This document shows positions 13,586 through 31,040 of a DNA stretch of 64,000 nucleotides, in pieces. Source of the DNA: the human T2T-CHM13v2.0 reference genome, Homo sapiens. Position 1 is the first letter of the stretch. Every line of letters starts with the position of its first letter. Under the pieces are notes generated by a model. The model had not been told where the DNA came from. It saw nothing but the letters and a program-made list of their open reading frames with translations, and did no database searches. The DNA lies in NCBI RefSeq assembly GCF_009914755.1, contig NC_060928.1; one strand, written 5' to 3'. The position numbers and the translations under genes are program-made.

Positions 13586-14686
13586 AGTGATGATTACACT
13601 TCTTTTTCTTTTTTTTTTCCAAGTCAAAGAACAGCTTTGATCCCTTGATAAGTTACCTAATCTTGCTCTAGCTCAATATCTTTATATAATGGAGAAAACA
13701 ATAACTAAATTGCACAGTTTTTATAAGGAAAGCCAGACAGAAAGAGATAAACACTGGATAAAAATTAATTGTCCCTAGTTAAAACTTACTCTGTATATTA
13801 TCCAACAACTAAATTCTAGCAGGAATTAAAGTAAGCTCATATTCACATTCAATACACTTCTACCATGAAACTATATTTCCCAATTTGAAGTTTTCTAAAA
13901 AATTGTGTACATTATTAAATACCTTCTATTGTATTATCTGTTTCATATTGCAAAGAAAGACAGTTTTGGCTTCCTTCTCCTTATCTTTTTACACCATTCC
14001 CCAGGGAAGAGAAATGATTAATAGGACTGTCTATGTTCAGAGGGCATTGATTAGATCATGATTATTAATAGGTAGGTTCCCATTCTTTAAAAGGGCCATT
14101 TGCCCATATGTGGTTCTTTTTCTTTCAATTTTACATTTCTCATCTTTAGAGAAGTAAAAAATCTCACTATTCTTTGACTGCAGGATTTTCTTCAGCTCTT
14201 TATATTTGTGATACGTGTGATATGCATTGGCACATATATTATTTAAGATTTTTTAGAGCAATTTTAGGTTCACAGCAAAATTAAGAGAAAGGTACGGAGA
14301 TACTTCATTGATGCCTTCCCCAACACATGCATAGCCTCTATTATCAGTATCCCGCACCAGGATGGCACATTTGTTGCAAGTGATGAACCCACGTTGACAC
14401 ATCATCATCACCCAAAGTTCATAGTTTACCTTAAGGTTCACTCTTGATGTCGTATATTCTTGGGGTTGTCAAATATATAATGGCATGTTTCCACCCTGTA
14501 TGCACTATTATATCCATCACTGGGAATGATTGATCTTTTTTACTGTTTCCATACTTTCGCCTGTTCCAAAGTATCATATAGTTGAAATCAAACAGTTTGT
14601 AGCCTTTCAATTGGCTTCTTTCACATAGTAATATGCATTTAACTTTTTCTCATGTCTTTGCATGGCTTGATAGCTCATTCCTTTTT

Positions 14687-14952
14687 TTGTTTGTTTGTTT
14701 TTCAACTTTTATTTTAGATTCAGGGGGTACATGTGCAGATTTGTTACTTGGGTATATTGTGTGATGTTTGGGGTATGAATGATCCCATCACCCAAGTACT
14801 GAGCATTGTGCCCCATAGTTTTTTCAACCCTTTCTCCCTCCTTTCCTCCCTTCTCTAGTAGGTTCCAGGTTCTATTGTTGCCATCTTTATGTCCACAAGT
14901 CCCAAGCTTAGCTCCAACTTGTCACTGAGAACTTGTGGTACTCGGTTATCTT
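14687..14952 (-). mobile_element. Older primate L1 (L1PA13-16-like) 3' end fragment
   Basis: CAACTTTTATTTTAGATTCAGGGGGTACATGTGCAG...GATCCCATCACCCA, a 3' UTR type distinct from the adjacent young L1. Confidence 0.8.
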
Positions 14953-16750
<1,798 letters not shown>

Positions 16751-17891
16751 TAGCTCATTCCTTTTTAGTGGTGAATAACATTCTACTGTCTGGATACACC
16801 ATAGTTTATCCATCTATCTACTGAAGAATATCTTGGTTGCTTCCAAGTTTTGGCAGTTGTGAATAAAACTGCTATAAATGTCCATGTGCAGGTTTTTGTG
16901 TGGACATATATTTTCAGCTCCTTTGGGTAAATACCGAGAAGCATAAATTAAAGGATTGTGTGGTATGTTTTGTTTTACAAGAAACAAAAAAATTATCTTC
17001 CACAGTAACCGTGCTATTTTGCATTCCCACCAGCAATCAGTGAGAGTTTCTGTCATTCCACATCCTAATCAGCATTTGGTGTTGTCAGTGTTCTGAATCT
17101 TGACCATTCTAAAAAGTGGGTAGTGGTCGCTTATTGTTGTTTTAGTTTGCGTTTCCCTGACTGTATTTGATATGAAACATACTTTCATATGCCTATTTGT
17201 TATCTGTATATCTTCTTTGGTAAGGTATCCATTAAAGTCTTAGGCCCATTTATTAATTGGGTTGGTTTTTTTCTTATTATTGAGTTTTGAGTCTTTAGTA
17301 TATTTTGGATAACAGCATGGTTTGTCTTTTCATTCTCTTGAGATAGTGTTTGTTTTTTCTTTTTTTAAAACATGTAGACATACAAAACATAATAAAAATT
17401 TTAATACTTAAATTTGAGATAGGTAGGAGAACATTCTTATATCTCTTGCCTAAACCACATGCTCCCATAAATCTTTACCTAATTTCTGCAATTGGATTTA
17501 TCAGACATTTTAGCTCAGTGATGAGTTAATTGCCTTCTGTGAGTCATGTGTATCTCCCTGAGGATTTAGCATAGGAAGGCTGGGGTGAAGAAGAGGATGC
17601 CAAAGAGACTTAAAGGTAATCAAAAAAGGAGAATTTGGATAAAATACCATCAAAATACAATTCCATATCTGTTCTTACTTCTAACTTATTTGTATGCTTT
17701 ATAAGCCTTTATCTTGTAATAGTTATGGAGTATATCACTTCCTTCTCTCCAGGACCAAACATTATGATGTCATATATTTATTGTACTACTATAATGTTTC
17801 TGATATGGTGAGATCATCAAAGTTTTTCCAAACTGAATTATGACACTCGGTGAAAGATAAATGTTGTAGCTCTGAGGCAAAGTGATGATAG

Positions 17892-18107
17892 TATTCTTCG
17901 ACTGCGGTAATTTTTTCAACCATTTATATTTGTGTATACATGTGATAGGCATTGACACTTATATTATTTAAGAATATTTAGAGCAATTTTAAGTTCACAG
18001 CAAAATTAAGAGAAAGGTACAGAGATATCTCATTGATCCCTTCCCCCACATATGCACAGCCTCCCCCATTATCAATATCCCCCACCAGAGTGGCATATTT
18101 GTTGCAA
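17892..18107 (+). repeat. Local direct duplicate of 14168-14379 (unique flank plus L1M 3' end)
   Basis: Shares ~65 bp of non-L1 flank as well as the L1 portion; roughly 85% identity by eye. Confidence 0.85.
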
Positions 18108-19045
18108 ATATTAAAAAGGCTGTAGAACTTATTGGGAAGGTCTAGAAGGAAGATGTATATCTTTGAGACTACTGAAAGTTTTTTCTCATGGCTTACCCAG
18201 ACTCTTCATTCAAGGTCTCAGATCTGTGAGCTAATATCTTGGAATCTGGAGAGGAGCTGTGAATATAAAATGGAGATTTCCATCAAGATTCTCTTCATTA
18301 GACCTAGTTTTTTCTTTCTCTATATATCTCACATTTAATCTCACAGGATGCCAACTTATTTTAGTGGCAAAGATCCTGATCAATTAGCCTGTCCTGAAGA
18401 GCCATGTAGGTCAAACTACTATGATACTTACTCATGCCTAATGATATTACATGAACATGTCTACCTTGCCATAGTGTTTAAGTGCTGCTGCTACCTGTCT
18501 ACTTAGAATATTGAATTGTTCTCTTAGAAAAAGGTGAGATATTATCATTATTTTTAAGTTTTATATATATATTTTTTAAGTTATAAATATATGTTTATAT
18601 GACTGATTCTGATAGTGAGATTATATAAACAATGAGTGCATTTCATACCATAGAAGAAATACTGAAGGAACTGTGACGCATGCATGCTTCACCAAGAAAG
18701 GGAATACCCAAAGGACCCTAACAAAATCATTTACATAAAAGGTATACAAGTGAATGTCAAAAACATTCCAATTATAGAGTCGAATTAGATAAAACTTTAA
18801 TAACTAACAAAGCAAACCTGCACCACACTCAGGAGAGAAATCTTTCAGATTAATGCTCATGCTGCAGAAAAGATGCAAAGGTCTGTAGCTTAGTTTTATA
18901 GTAATTACTTCTTATGCAATGGTAAACAGAGTGTTGATGTTTTATAAATTGGAGTAATGAAAAGGACTGTAGAATTAATGCAAGTTACAAACTTCTGGAA
19001 ATTAGTCAAGTGACCTCTAGTGACAGTCAGGGGAACATGTTCTCT

Positions 19046-19248
19046 ACACGAGGGTGGGGAACATGACACACCAGGGCCTGTCGTGGGGTCGGGGGAGGGG
19101 GAAGAGATAGCATTAGGAGACATACCTAACGTAAATGACAAGTTAATGGGTGCAGCACACCAACATGTCACATGTATACATGTAACACACCTGCACTTTG
19201 TGCACATGTGTCATAGAACTTAAAGTATAATAATAATAAAAAAGAAAA
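19046..19248 (+). mobile_element. Short L1PA 3' end fragment
   Basis: G-rich 3' UTR ...GCACACCAACATG...AGAACTTAAAGTATAATAATAATAAAAAAG. Confidence 0.9.
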
Positions 19249-19559
19249 CCTATGTCTTTGTCCCATAATGCATTATATTTTTAAAGACCTTCATTTTCAG
19301 AAACTCTAGGGCACACTCTTCAATGTTCACCGGAGCTCATAATTATGTTATCTTATCACTGTTATCTTGCTGGATCCTGACTTACAAAGCTGTTAAATAG
19401 TATCTTGTTACAACAGAAGGATTTCATATTCCTGAAGACAAGAGGGTGCTATTGGAGAAAATCTAGTAAAGGATAAAATATGATTCAAATTTTGTGTCAA
19501 TAAAGAGAGTTGTGCAGATTGTGGCAGGATGGAATCCAAAAGGACACAGAAGAACTGAA

Positions 19560-20670
19560 CACACGAAATTACTTAAAAGTTAATGAGGGTAATCTAAGTA
19601 AATAATTAAAACCTGAAAAATGTAGCTGCATAAATTGAAAGGAAGAATAGACTTGAAAAAATATATAGTAGATAGATTGAGTACATTGAATGAATAATTA
19701 ATATAAGGGCATTTTGAAAAGAGAATAATCTATGACAATTACCCATCTACTACCTCGCGTAACTGAGATGATGGTGGTGACATTTAGGAAGATTGGTAAT
19801 ACGACAAGCATAAAGAGAAACACTCCTCTTTAATTTATTCCTTTCCCCCTCTGCAGCTTCCATTGGGTGTTTATTACCATTCATATGCATAGATATTAAT
19901 TTAGTGAGTGGAAAAATTGGAAGGTACTTCATCAAGGAAGAGGCTAAGTGATAAGGGATCAGAATTCAGAGATGGACAAAATGATTTTTGCCCAGAACAC
20001 TCTCACTTAAAATCATTTTGAGCCTCTTAGAGAAAGGTCATGGAAAAAGAGCCTAAGGGAACCTCTAGGCCTCGAGCACAGTAAGAGATATTTCATGGAC
20101 GCTGGTAGCTCTGTGAGGCATAGTGTGGAAAACCCCTCTCATCACAACTCAACAGTATCTTATAATTTTTATGCTATGAGGATCAAAACACTTGGTAGAA
20201 TCAGAGAGAACATTGTAAGAATATGTTGCTCATTTTAGGGTGGTCAGGAACGACTTGTGATTCTCTAAGTAGGCATATCATGAGAAAAGAATGACCACAG
20301 ACGCCTCATGATAGCTGCAAGACACAGGATAATTTATAGACACAAAGAATCTCTCAGTCTGCTTTCAGGAATTGAAATGAGACTGATATTAATGGTGTAA
20401 AAATTTGGGAAAAAATAGGTCTAAGGGAAAAGAGGCATTTTTGATATATGATATTAAGATATCATTAGAGTATCTAACTGGAAACCTTTAGTAGGTCTGA
20501 TGATATTACAGTCTGAATTGTAGAATATTGGTTTGGGCTGAAAGCATAGAAACAGATACCTTGGGGGAATGATCATTGTTAAAGTTACATGTAGATGTTA
20601 TTCAATAGGGAGAATATGCAGAAAAATGATCCAAGATGGAACTCTGAGGAACCCTGATATTATCACAATT
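19560..20670 (-). mobile_element. Degraded L2 fragments (interrupted)
   Basis: Weak L2-like motifs (AACTGAGATGATGGTGGTG; GGGCTGAAAG...GAACTCTGAGGAAC); boundaries approximate. Confidence 0.4.
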
Positions 20671-20801
20671 TTAAAGCAGGTTTTTCTTTCTTTTTTTCAT
20701 AAATTAATATAATTGAGAATTGCTTAAATTATTTGAAGCATTACGTCTTCATAAACACCAATTAAGTTTTTACCTATACCAGTTTTTTTGTTTTTTTATA
20801 C

Positions 20802-21270
20802 CAGCAATCCCCAAACTTTTTTGGCACCAGGGTTCAGTTTCGTGGGAAGGAAGATGATTTCAGGATGACTCAAGGGCATTACATTTATTGTGCACTTTAT
20901 ATTATTACGTTGTAATATATAATGAAATAATTATACAACTCAGCATAACGTGGAATCAGCAGGAGCCTTGAGCTTGTTTTCCTGCAACTAGATGGTCTCA
21001 TCTAGGAGTGATGAGAGACAGTGACAAATCGTCAGGCATTAAATTCTCATGAGGATCAGACACTTAGATCCCTTGCATGCACAGTTCACAATAGGGTTCG
21101 AGATTCTAAGAGAATCTAATGCCACCACTGATCTGACAAGAGGTGGATCTCAGGCAGTAATGCAAGCAATGGAGGGTGGCTGTAAATATAGATGAAGCTT
21201 TGCTGGCTCACCCAGCACTCATCTCCTGCTGTACAGTAACAGTCTGTGGCCTGGGATTTGGAGACTCCTG
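20802..21270 (-). mobile_element. MER1A hAT-Charlie non-autonomous DNA transposon
   Basis: TIRs CAGCAATCCCCAA...TTGGAGACTCCTG; internal TACATTTATTGTGCACTTTA motif; 8-bp TSD TTTTATAC/TTTTATTC. Confidence 0.9.
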
Positions 21271-21326
21271 TTTTATTCTGTATGAGGTTAGTTTGTATCA
21301 ACCCTCCCAAATGTTTCTTAGAAGGA

Positions 21327-21382
21327 ATTTTGGAGGCACAGAAATCAGAGATTTATTTTGGAGGCACAGAAATCAGAGATTT
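21327..21382 (+). repeat. Perfect 28-bp tandem duplication
   Basis: ATTTTGGAGGCACAGAAATCAGAGATTT x2. Confidence 0.95.
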
Positions 21383-21399
21383 AGTGCCTTCTTGGAATT

Positions 21400-21705
21400 T
21401 ACTATCGTTTGAATGTCCCCACCAAAACTCTTGTTGAAATTTAATTGTCATTTTAATGATTTTAAGAGGTGAGATCTTTAAGAGGTGATTGGATCATTAG
21501 GGTTCTACCCTCATGAATGGATTAATGCCATTATCTTGGGAGTAGGTTACTTATCTTGGGAGTTTGGCTCCTTCTTTCTCTCTCTGTCTCACATGCTCAC
21601 TTCCACCTTTCACCTTCTATCATGGGATGGCCCTTGACAGATGCTGTGCTGGTTCTTGGACTTCCCAGACTCCAGAAATAGGAACAGAATGAACTTCTTT
21701 TATAC
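21400..21705 (+). mobile_element. MaLR LTR (MSTD-like)
   Basis: GTTTGAATGTCCCCACCAAAACTC..GTTGAAAT, CCCTCATGAATGGATTAATGCC, TTGGACTTCCCAG.CTCCAGAA. Confidence 0.8.
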
Positions 21706-21724
21706 TTTTATTTTTCTTGTTCTT

Positions 21725-22020
21725 TTCCGTTAAAGTACAAAGAATAGTACACAAAATAAATATTCACACCCCATCACCTAGATTCAACAATTATCAGTAT
21801 TTAGTCACATCTGCTTCATTTATCCCCATTTTTTGGCTGATATTCTTTAATAAAAATTATTTAAGTACAATTTCACCCCTAAATATTTTACTATGAATCT
21901 CTAAAATAAGGGTATATCCTGAACCACAATGCTGTCACACCTAATGGTTAACAATTCTCTGATATCACCTAACACCCTGCCATACTCACATTTCTCTTAC
22001 TGAGACAGAAATGTCTTTTT
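21725..22020 (-). mobile_element. Old L1M (L1ME/MC-like) fragment
   Basis: AAAGAATAGTAC...CATCACCTAGATTCAACAATT motif. Confidence 0.5.
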
Positions 22021-22023
22021 AGC

Positions 22024-22335
22024 CTAGATATGGTGCCTCATGCCTTTAATCCCAGCACTTTGGGAGGCTGAGGCAGGAAGACTGCTTGAGACAAGAAGTT
22101 TGAGACTAACCTGGTCAAAATAGTAAGATCCCATCTCCATAAAAAAAGCAAAAATTAGTTGGCTGTGGTGGTGCATGACTGCAGTCCCAGCCACTGAGGA
22201 GGCTGAGGTGGAAGAATCCCTTGAGCTCAGGAGTCGGAGGCCACAGTGAGCTATGATTGTACTGCTGCACTTCAGCCAAGGCAATAAAGTAAGACCTCCA
22301 TCTCTGAAAAAATGTGAAAAACAAAATAAAGTAAA
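22024..22335 (+). mobile_element. AluJ
   Basis: Diverged dimer with J diagnostics (GCTTGAG, CAGTGAGCTATGAT). Confidence 0.9.
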
Positions 22336-23631
22336 GTAGGAAAGGATATGTATGTTAACTTTGGTACATATACACACATACACACATAATTTCATCTTTA
22401 TAACTTTCTTGCAAAATAAATAGTACTTCCATTTTGCAAATGAGTTTAAGCCCACTACCAGAAATTAGCAGAACCTAAATATAAACCCAGATGCTCTGGT
22501 TAACTTAGTGTCTAATACTTAGAGTTTAAAAACATACTTGTGGATATCTCTTTTTTTATATAATCAGAGGGAAAAATAATAACTCATTACTTCTTCTTTA
22601 TGAATAAAGCACTCCATTGACAAATCATTTAACAGTCCTTGTTTATCAGTGATTGAAGGCATCCTTAGACATCTCCTTACAACTGGCTAAGACATCTCAA
22701 CAAAGGTACTTTCCCTAAGACTGTTTTCTCAATTTTAAGCTCATTTTTTTAACAGCCTATTTCCTACATCTCATTAGTTGTTTTGAAAATACTGCAACTC
22801 CTGGGACATGTTTAGGGCTCAATAAATGTTAGCTATGTTTTTAAGAAAATTCTGAAGAAAAATCAGTGTACCATAATGCCCAAATAATTTTTATTACCCA
22901 GTCTCTTCTAGTCTCTGACCTATTAACTAACCGTAATGCTCATTATTATGACTTTCCAATTCTCTTCAGTGTCATTACAAGTCACCATATTATAAAACTC
23001 AATGCACAATAGAAAAGAATATAGGCTGAAATAAAAATTATGTGGAGCAGAAGGTTTCTAAGAAACCGAATGTGGTGAATGCTACCAGTAGGTGGCTTCT
23101 TGGGATAACAGAAAAATAAATTGTCAAAGCCTGATATATTAAGGCTAAAAATGTTTACCCTCTCCATGTGGTGCACATCCCACCCCTTTCAATTGTGCCC
23201 TGTGGTTTAACTAAGGGCTACAACCTGTTCCCTGCCAAGTAGACAGTTTTGTATGTGTCAGGAATAGCACAATTCAACTTTTATATAGAAGAGGCAAAGT
23301 TGACCAGTTCTGCTTTGGTTAAAGTTTGGCAAGGATGCAAACTCCATCTGTGCTTTCTGACATACAGAAAAAATCACACTCATACTCAACAATGTGCCAA
23401 GGTCCATACACTTGATTAGGCAACCCCCACAACATCCCTGGGAGATAAACATTTTTAGCATTGTTTTGTAGATAGTTATTGGAACAAAAACTTTCTTCTT
23501 AGAGATGGTGAAACTGTGAAAGAAAAAATGGGGAAGGGATTAGATTTATAGGTATATTAATACAATAGCCGTCACTTCTTGCATTTAAGAAATAAAACCA
23601 AATAGTAAATGATTCAGTCCTCTAGGAGGTT

Positions 23632-25015
<1,384 letters not shown>

Positions 25016-26389
25016 TGGACTACGAATGAAGATCTGGACCAAGGTGGGCTTTTTTAAAGAGGTTGGGTTCTGCAGGTGCTCTCCAGTGAAAAGTAGATAC
25101 ACTCTCAGATCTCACCATCATTCCTGGGCACAGTTGAAGATTTCACTACAGTTCCGCTGGATTCTCAGTCCCTGATGGCAGTCGCTGAAACGCTTTGAGT
25201 CTTCAGACCCTTTAATTCCAGCTGCCAAAAGGAATCCCACCCATGGCCACACAGCTCAGCCAGACAACTACTCTTCTAGCCTTTGGATGCTCAGAGAAAA
25301 TGAAACCAAACTAAGCAACTTTGTTAGGAAAACAGCCATTGCCTCAAATCCTTAGTTGCTGTGGGTGAGAAAACATTTCTTTCTGGAGCAGGAGAGCTCT
25401 GCAGTGGTCATTTCTCCATGCAAGAAGCCACACGCTAGACACTAAACACACAAGACTAAACTTATATTCTTTATAAATTACCCAGTTTGCAGAAAACAGA
25501 TAAAGACAGAAGCCTACATCTGGGAAGGTCCTCCATTAAAAGACAAATTGAGTGGAAATCATATATTGTGGGCTCTTTCTCTCTCTTTCCTCATTTATTT
25601 CCCTTCCTTATATCCCCTCCGCAAGAGTCAAGAATGTCCACTACATTTAATCTATTGTCTCTCTCCTTGGGAATTTAGAGAATTGTGATTGCCTAGACTG
25701 GCTTATATAGGCCATATCTTCTCACAGTTGATAGATTTCTAAAATCAGTTTATTGTAAGACAAAATTCTTTTATTTCTCAAGTACAGATAAGGCTCAATA
25801 CAAATAATCCTGGAGGTGACAACACTGAAATTAACCATACGGTAAGATGCAAAGACTGATATTGGAATGCAGATTTGGCTGGAAGAGCTTAACCAAAGAG
25901 TAGCCAAAAAAATATGTTTTGGCATACTTTAAACGTACCCAGTTATTTCTATGTACGTTAGTATTCTTTGGCACTTCGAAGGGGTATTAGAAAACTTCCT
26001 GAGGAATTGGAGACAGGATATTCATTCAACTAAGCATTCTTTCTAAAGGCCACTGAAAATGTAGAACTATCCTGACTATTAGACAGGATTTAACCTGCTT
26101 CAATCTACAGACTGACTATCTGGAGATTATAGCAGGTTATGTAAATGTGTGTAATCCTGAGAAACATTTGAGGCAATTAGATTAGCACATTTAAGGAACA
26201 TTTCAGAGATAGTCTTCAACCTAAGTAATATTTTGCAATGAAGAAAGCTTTCATTGGAGTTTTCTTTTGTGTGTATGGCCAAACATATCCAGCATATTTG
26301 GAAAGGTCTATCCAGTCCCAAGTTCCAAAATATAAGCCTTGAAAATGACCAACGTCTCTCCAGATCTACTTCCTCTTAGGTCTGCTGCA

Positions 26390-26630
26390 GTGAAAATCTC
26401 AGTCCCTGGAGTCATATGAACCTGGGTTAAATTCTGACTTCATCAATTATTAGTACAATTTGTTTGAGAAAGTTGCTTAACCTTTCTAAGACTTAGTCTC
26501 CTAATCTGTAAAATGAGACGAAAAATGATCAAAAGTGTATAGTACAGTTTGAAACAGATAAAAGAGTTTCAAACTCTTGGCACCTAAGAAATATCCTATG
26601 AAGATTAACTATCGTTGTCAACAATACTTC
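26390..26630 (+). mobile_element. MIR
   Basis: CCTGGGTTAAATTCTGACTTC...AAGTTGCTTAACCTTTCT...ATCTGTAAAATG core. Confidence 0.75.
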
Positions 26631-27320
26631 CTATTCTGCTTTTATTTTCTATTTTCATGATATAACTGATTGCATAGTCAGAATCTAAGTACAGAGAAAG
26701 AAAAGAAAAAAAAAACCCTGTAATCAAGGGGTAGAAGCCAACTAAACAAATAGTTAACAGGAAAATGTGTCAATAGACAAAAATTTGCAGGTTGCAAAAG
26801 TAGTTGCTTTCTTTTATTGAAAATTAGTCAAATTTGGAATTATCTGTGTTATCAGTTTCCCACCAAAGGGTGATAACAGTCAAGGATGTCAGGAAACTAG
26901 TTCTTTGAAACCTGAGATATCAAACTGTTATAATTTTAGTCTAAAATACCTCATTATTTATATGTGTTTATATAAAAATTTTATACAAATATTTTCCTTC
27001 TTATATACATGTCCTATTTTTACTATTTTGAAAAAGAAAAAATACAATATTCTGCTTATATTTTGACATTTTTTGTCTAATATCGAACCTTGCAGCTTAG
27101 AGCATTAAAGTTAAATTATAAAACTATTCCTTTCTTGTTTTATCTTTGGATAGACAAAAATGATATATTTTTAGTACACCATAGTAAGTAATTTCCTCTG
27201 AAAGACACTGATAATTCTAGTATACAGTTTCAAGCACGATAGTTTGAAAGCTTTTTTAATTTTTCTTTTTTAATAGTCTATGCTCCTTTGACACAGTTTG
27301 GCATTACCTGTTTGAGAAAT

Positions 27321-27584
27321 AGAAAACCAAACACCGCATGTTCTCACTCATAGGTGGGAATTGAACAATGAGAACACCTGGACACAGGAAGGGGAACACC
27401 ACACGCTGGGGCCTGCCTTGGGGTTGGGGGAGGGGTGAGGGATAGCATTAGGAGATATACCTAATGTAAATGACGAGTTAATGGGTTCAGCACACCAACA
27501 TGGCACATGTATACATATGTAACAAACCTGCATGTTGTGCACATGTACCCTAGAACTTAAAGTATAATTTAAAAAAAAAAAAAA
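27321..27584 (+). mobile_element. Short 5'-truncated L1PA5/6-like 3' end
   Basis: L1 3' UTR plus A15 tail; TSD AGAAATAG (27315-27322 / 27585-27592). Confidence 0.92.
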
Positions 27585-29559
27585 AGAAATAGTCAACACG
27601 TGGCCTCTCTCATCAAAAGTGCATGCCCTGAGAAAACAGTTTATAAACTGAGCCTAAAATAAATCCTTTGGCAGAAATGGTTGTATTTTAGAAGAAATCT
27701 AGCATAGGTGAAACTTTACACTTTTCTATACCTGAAACTTAATACCAAAGATCTTCTATCGTCATCATTATGCTCTGTGTTCCCTTCCTAGCTGTTTACC
27801 ACTCATTCAATTATGTCTCAGAAAATTCTCATGCAGTTTTATTTTCTATGGGAAGGCACTATAAAACCTTTTCCCTCTGCAACTAAATTCTCTTTTCAAA
27901 AGCTTGAGTTATTTTCTTTCTTTCTTTTTTAGTTGTGCTTCTTGAACACTGTCTCTAAAAGAGCAGTCAAACCTATCATAAAGCACTTTATGTCCATCAC
28001 AATACACAATCTAGAAGAAGCCATAACCTTGGCAAGTCGGCTCCTTTTTTATTCTGCGTTGCATCTTCAACTCAGGGTTTTATTTTTTCCCCTAAGGATA
28101 TACCATCACTTATCTTTTTATTTTGTTTTCTTTTCCATTATTTAGAACTTGGTTACCAAGGCTTTGCTGTTGCACCAGCTGCATGAGGATGGAATTTTTC
28201 TTGCTCTAGAGGGTAAGTGCAAACATTCATCCTCTGTTTAAGAGCTCCAAGATGATGAATAGCTCAGTAACTTCTGCTGTCTTCTACATAGTTTCTGTGC
28301 AAGATTTCATGTTTTACTTGACACTATTTTCCCTTCACTTTTCAGTATCTTTGCTCTATGATAGCTCTCTTATTTCATTAATTTCTGTCTTTGATTCTGC
28401 TAATCTAAGAATTTTTTGTTTGTACCATTTGAAATGATGACTTATCATAATCTAATTGTGTAATGATTCTCCTATGTTTATTTTATCTGTCTCTCCTTGC
28501 TCCTGCCATCCTCCCACCCCTCAGTGATTGGCTTGCCTTACTCACTATTTGTTTTAATACAAGCAACGATGCTACTACAACTGTTTATTTCTTGACCCTG
28601 ATTATTTCAATATCATTATCAATACTCCAAACTTCCCTGCAAGAATAATCAACAGGAAGCATGATTTTTAAACATGTTTTTAAAATACATACAGTAAAAG
28701 CAAGATTATAGTTCTAATAATTTTCTTGATACCTTGTTCATTTCTCAGGTTGCCACACTTTTGTGTAACACATGTGTACCTGTATCCTATGAAAGAAGCA
28801 TCATTGACTTTGCAGTGACTTTGAACAAGTGACTCAATTTCTTTCTTATTTCATGTATCCCACATGGGACGAGGTAAGGCTATTTGAGAAATTCATTGAT
28901 ATTAATTCAAATTTGATTCTGCAAAAAAAAAAATTAAGAGAGCTCAGTGATAAATTGAGCTAATTGGTTTCTTTGATTTGAAGGGAAATTTTCAGAAACT
29001 GACCAAAGTAAGCACTTCACTGAAACATCTAATTAGATCAATATTATCTTACCATTAATGAACTACTGCATATACATATAGAAATATCCTCCAAGTAATA
29101 TTTGTTCTTTCTCAGATTTGATATGAGATAAATTATGTCACTCATTAATTGAAACAAGTTTAGATCTTTAATTTTAATTATGATTATTATGTTAAAATAC
29201 AGAAAAAAATAAGAACATCTATAAAAATAGTTTTGCATTTCTTTGCCTTTAACTATGTAACAACCTCAGTAATAACTTACTGCATATTTATTTTATTGTA
29301 ATTATAAAGTTTGATTTTAATGTATAAACTGTGAAGTCAACTAAACAGCATTTGCAATCTCACCAAGTGTCACTGAATATTTATAATAGGAAATTAGAAG
29401 ACACATTAATTTCTCTAGCAATGCTGATTTTTACTACAGTAATAACATGAATAATGCTCTTGAACTGGATTCATTTACCAACTCAGAATAAGGACAAAAA
29501 GCAACTGGTTCAATTGTAGTTTTCCATGTATGATTACTCTATTTTTTTATTTAAAATAA

Positions 29560-30070
29560 TGCATTAATTTATTCACCAGTTAATTATTGGACTCGGACCA
29601 TAAGCCAAACTTTGAGATAGAAAATGGAAGTAGAAAGAATAGGGAGATTATTCCTATACTCACATCACTCACATTCTGTTAGATAGACATAAATATATTC
29701 AAAAAACATACTGCATTGAATGTTCTAATACCAATATGATAAAAATACTGTAATACATTGTCCAAAGAAGGAGTTTTATCATGAAGAAGTTGATATTTGT
29801 TCTAGACTTCATTAAATAAAGATAATTTTGTCACAGAAAATAGTAATACCACAGTCCAAATTAATAGCACAGAAGCCTTAAAGCATATAGCAGGTTTGAG
29901 TGCATTAAGTACCAGCCCCCACAAAACTGAAATATAACGTGCATGGAGGGGTTTAGCAGAAGGTGAGAATGAAAAGAAGCTTGAGATAATATTGTTCAAG
30001 GAATAGACAGTCATAATCTAAAAATTTAGATTTCGTTTTCCTGAAAATAAGAAATCTACAAGATATTGTC
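29560..30070 (-). mobile_element. Degraded L2 fragment
   Basis: Weak L2 3'-end-like motifs (TTATTCACC..., CTCACATTCT); approximate. Confidence 0.4.
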
Positions 30071-30487
30071 CAAATTCTTAGAAAAGCATATAATGCACTC
30101 AGCATTTGGCTCTCGACAACTTATTCAGCCAAATCACCTAGCTTCATCAGTAAGTAATTTTTATCTTCGGCATCTTTCACTGCTTCCAGTTCTCCAACAC
30201 ATCTGTGGCTTTATAAGTCCTGATCGCTATGGGTGGCACTTAGTTTCCATCTTTCTGCTGCCCTACTTCAATTGGTTAGTTCCTACCCTTTCTTCAAATC
30301 TTAGCTTACACATCATATCCTCCAGAAAAAAGTTGCCTGATTCTAGTGTATTGTTAGGTTTGTTAGGTTTCCCTAAGTGCTTCAACAATAGCCATATTTC
30401 TATCAACTGCATGATTAGATTTATAGTTTCTTCTTTCAGACAGCAAGAGAGTTGAGAAGGAGGACTAGCGCTACTTTAAAAAACTCC

Positions 30488-31040
30488 TCATACAATGGAG
30501 AAACCTAAGATATCACCTTAACCAAAAATATAAAGGCTAGCATGACTGGTACTATGGTATACAGATCTTGTGCACCCCCTGATAGGATGCACTGAGTGGG
30601 CACACAACTTCTTTGATGCTCTTGGCAAAAAAAAAAAAATGCATTACCAAATATTATCGTGAATAAATATTACGCAAACTCAATTGAGAGGTATTCTGCA
30701 AAATAACTGATCTTCAAAATGTTAAGGTCATGAAAAACAAGGAAAGACTGAGGAATTGTCACAGATTTGAGAAGACTAAGGAGACATCACTGTATACAAT
30801 GTGCAGTCCTGGATCAAATCTTAGCACACAGAGAAATATGTATAGTGGAGAAACTGATAAAATTGAAATAAAGTCTTTAGTTAATAATATTGTGCCAACG
30901 TTAATTTCTTAACTGTGATAATTGTACTATGGTTATGCAAGATAATAAAAATAGGGAAAACCTGTTGAGGTCATACTGGTGCTCTCTGAACTCGTGTTGA
31001 AGTTTTCTGTAAGTCTAAAATTGTTTCAAAGTGAAAAGAT
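30488..31040 (+). mobile_element. Old L1M (L1MC3/4-like) 3' end
   Basis: AAGGTCATGAAAAACAAGGAAAGACTGAGGAA; GATAATTGTACTATGGTTATG; TTCTGTAAGTCTAAAATT. Confidence 0.8.

Noticed and set aside
19030-19262. TSD for the short L1PA fragment
   Set aside because: Flanks (GAACATGTTCTCT versus GAAAACCTATGTCTTT) are too dissimilar to call.
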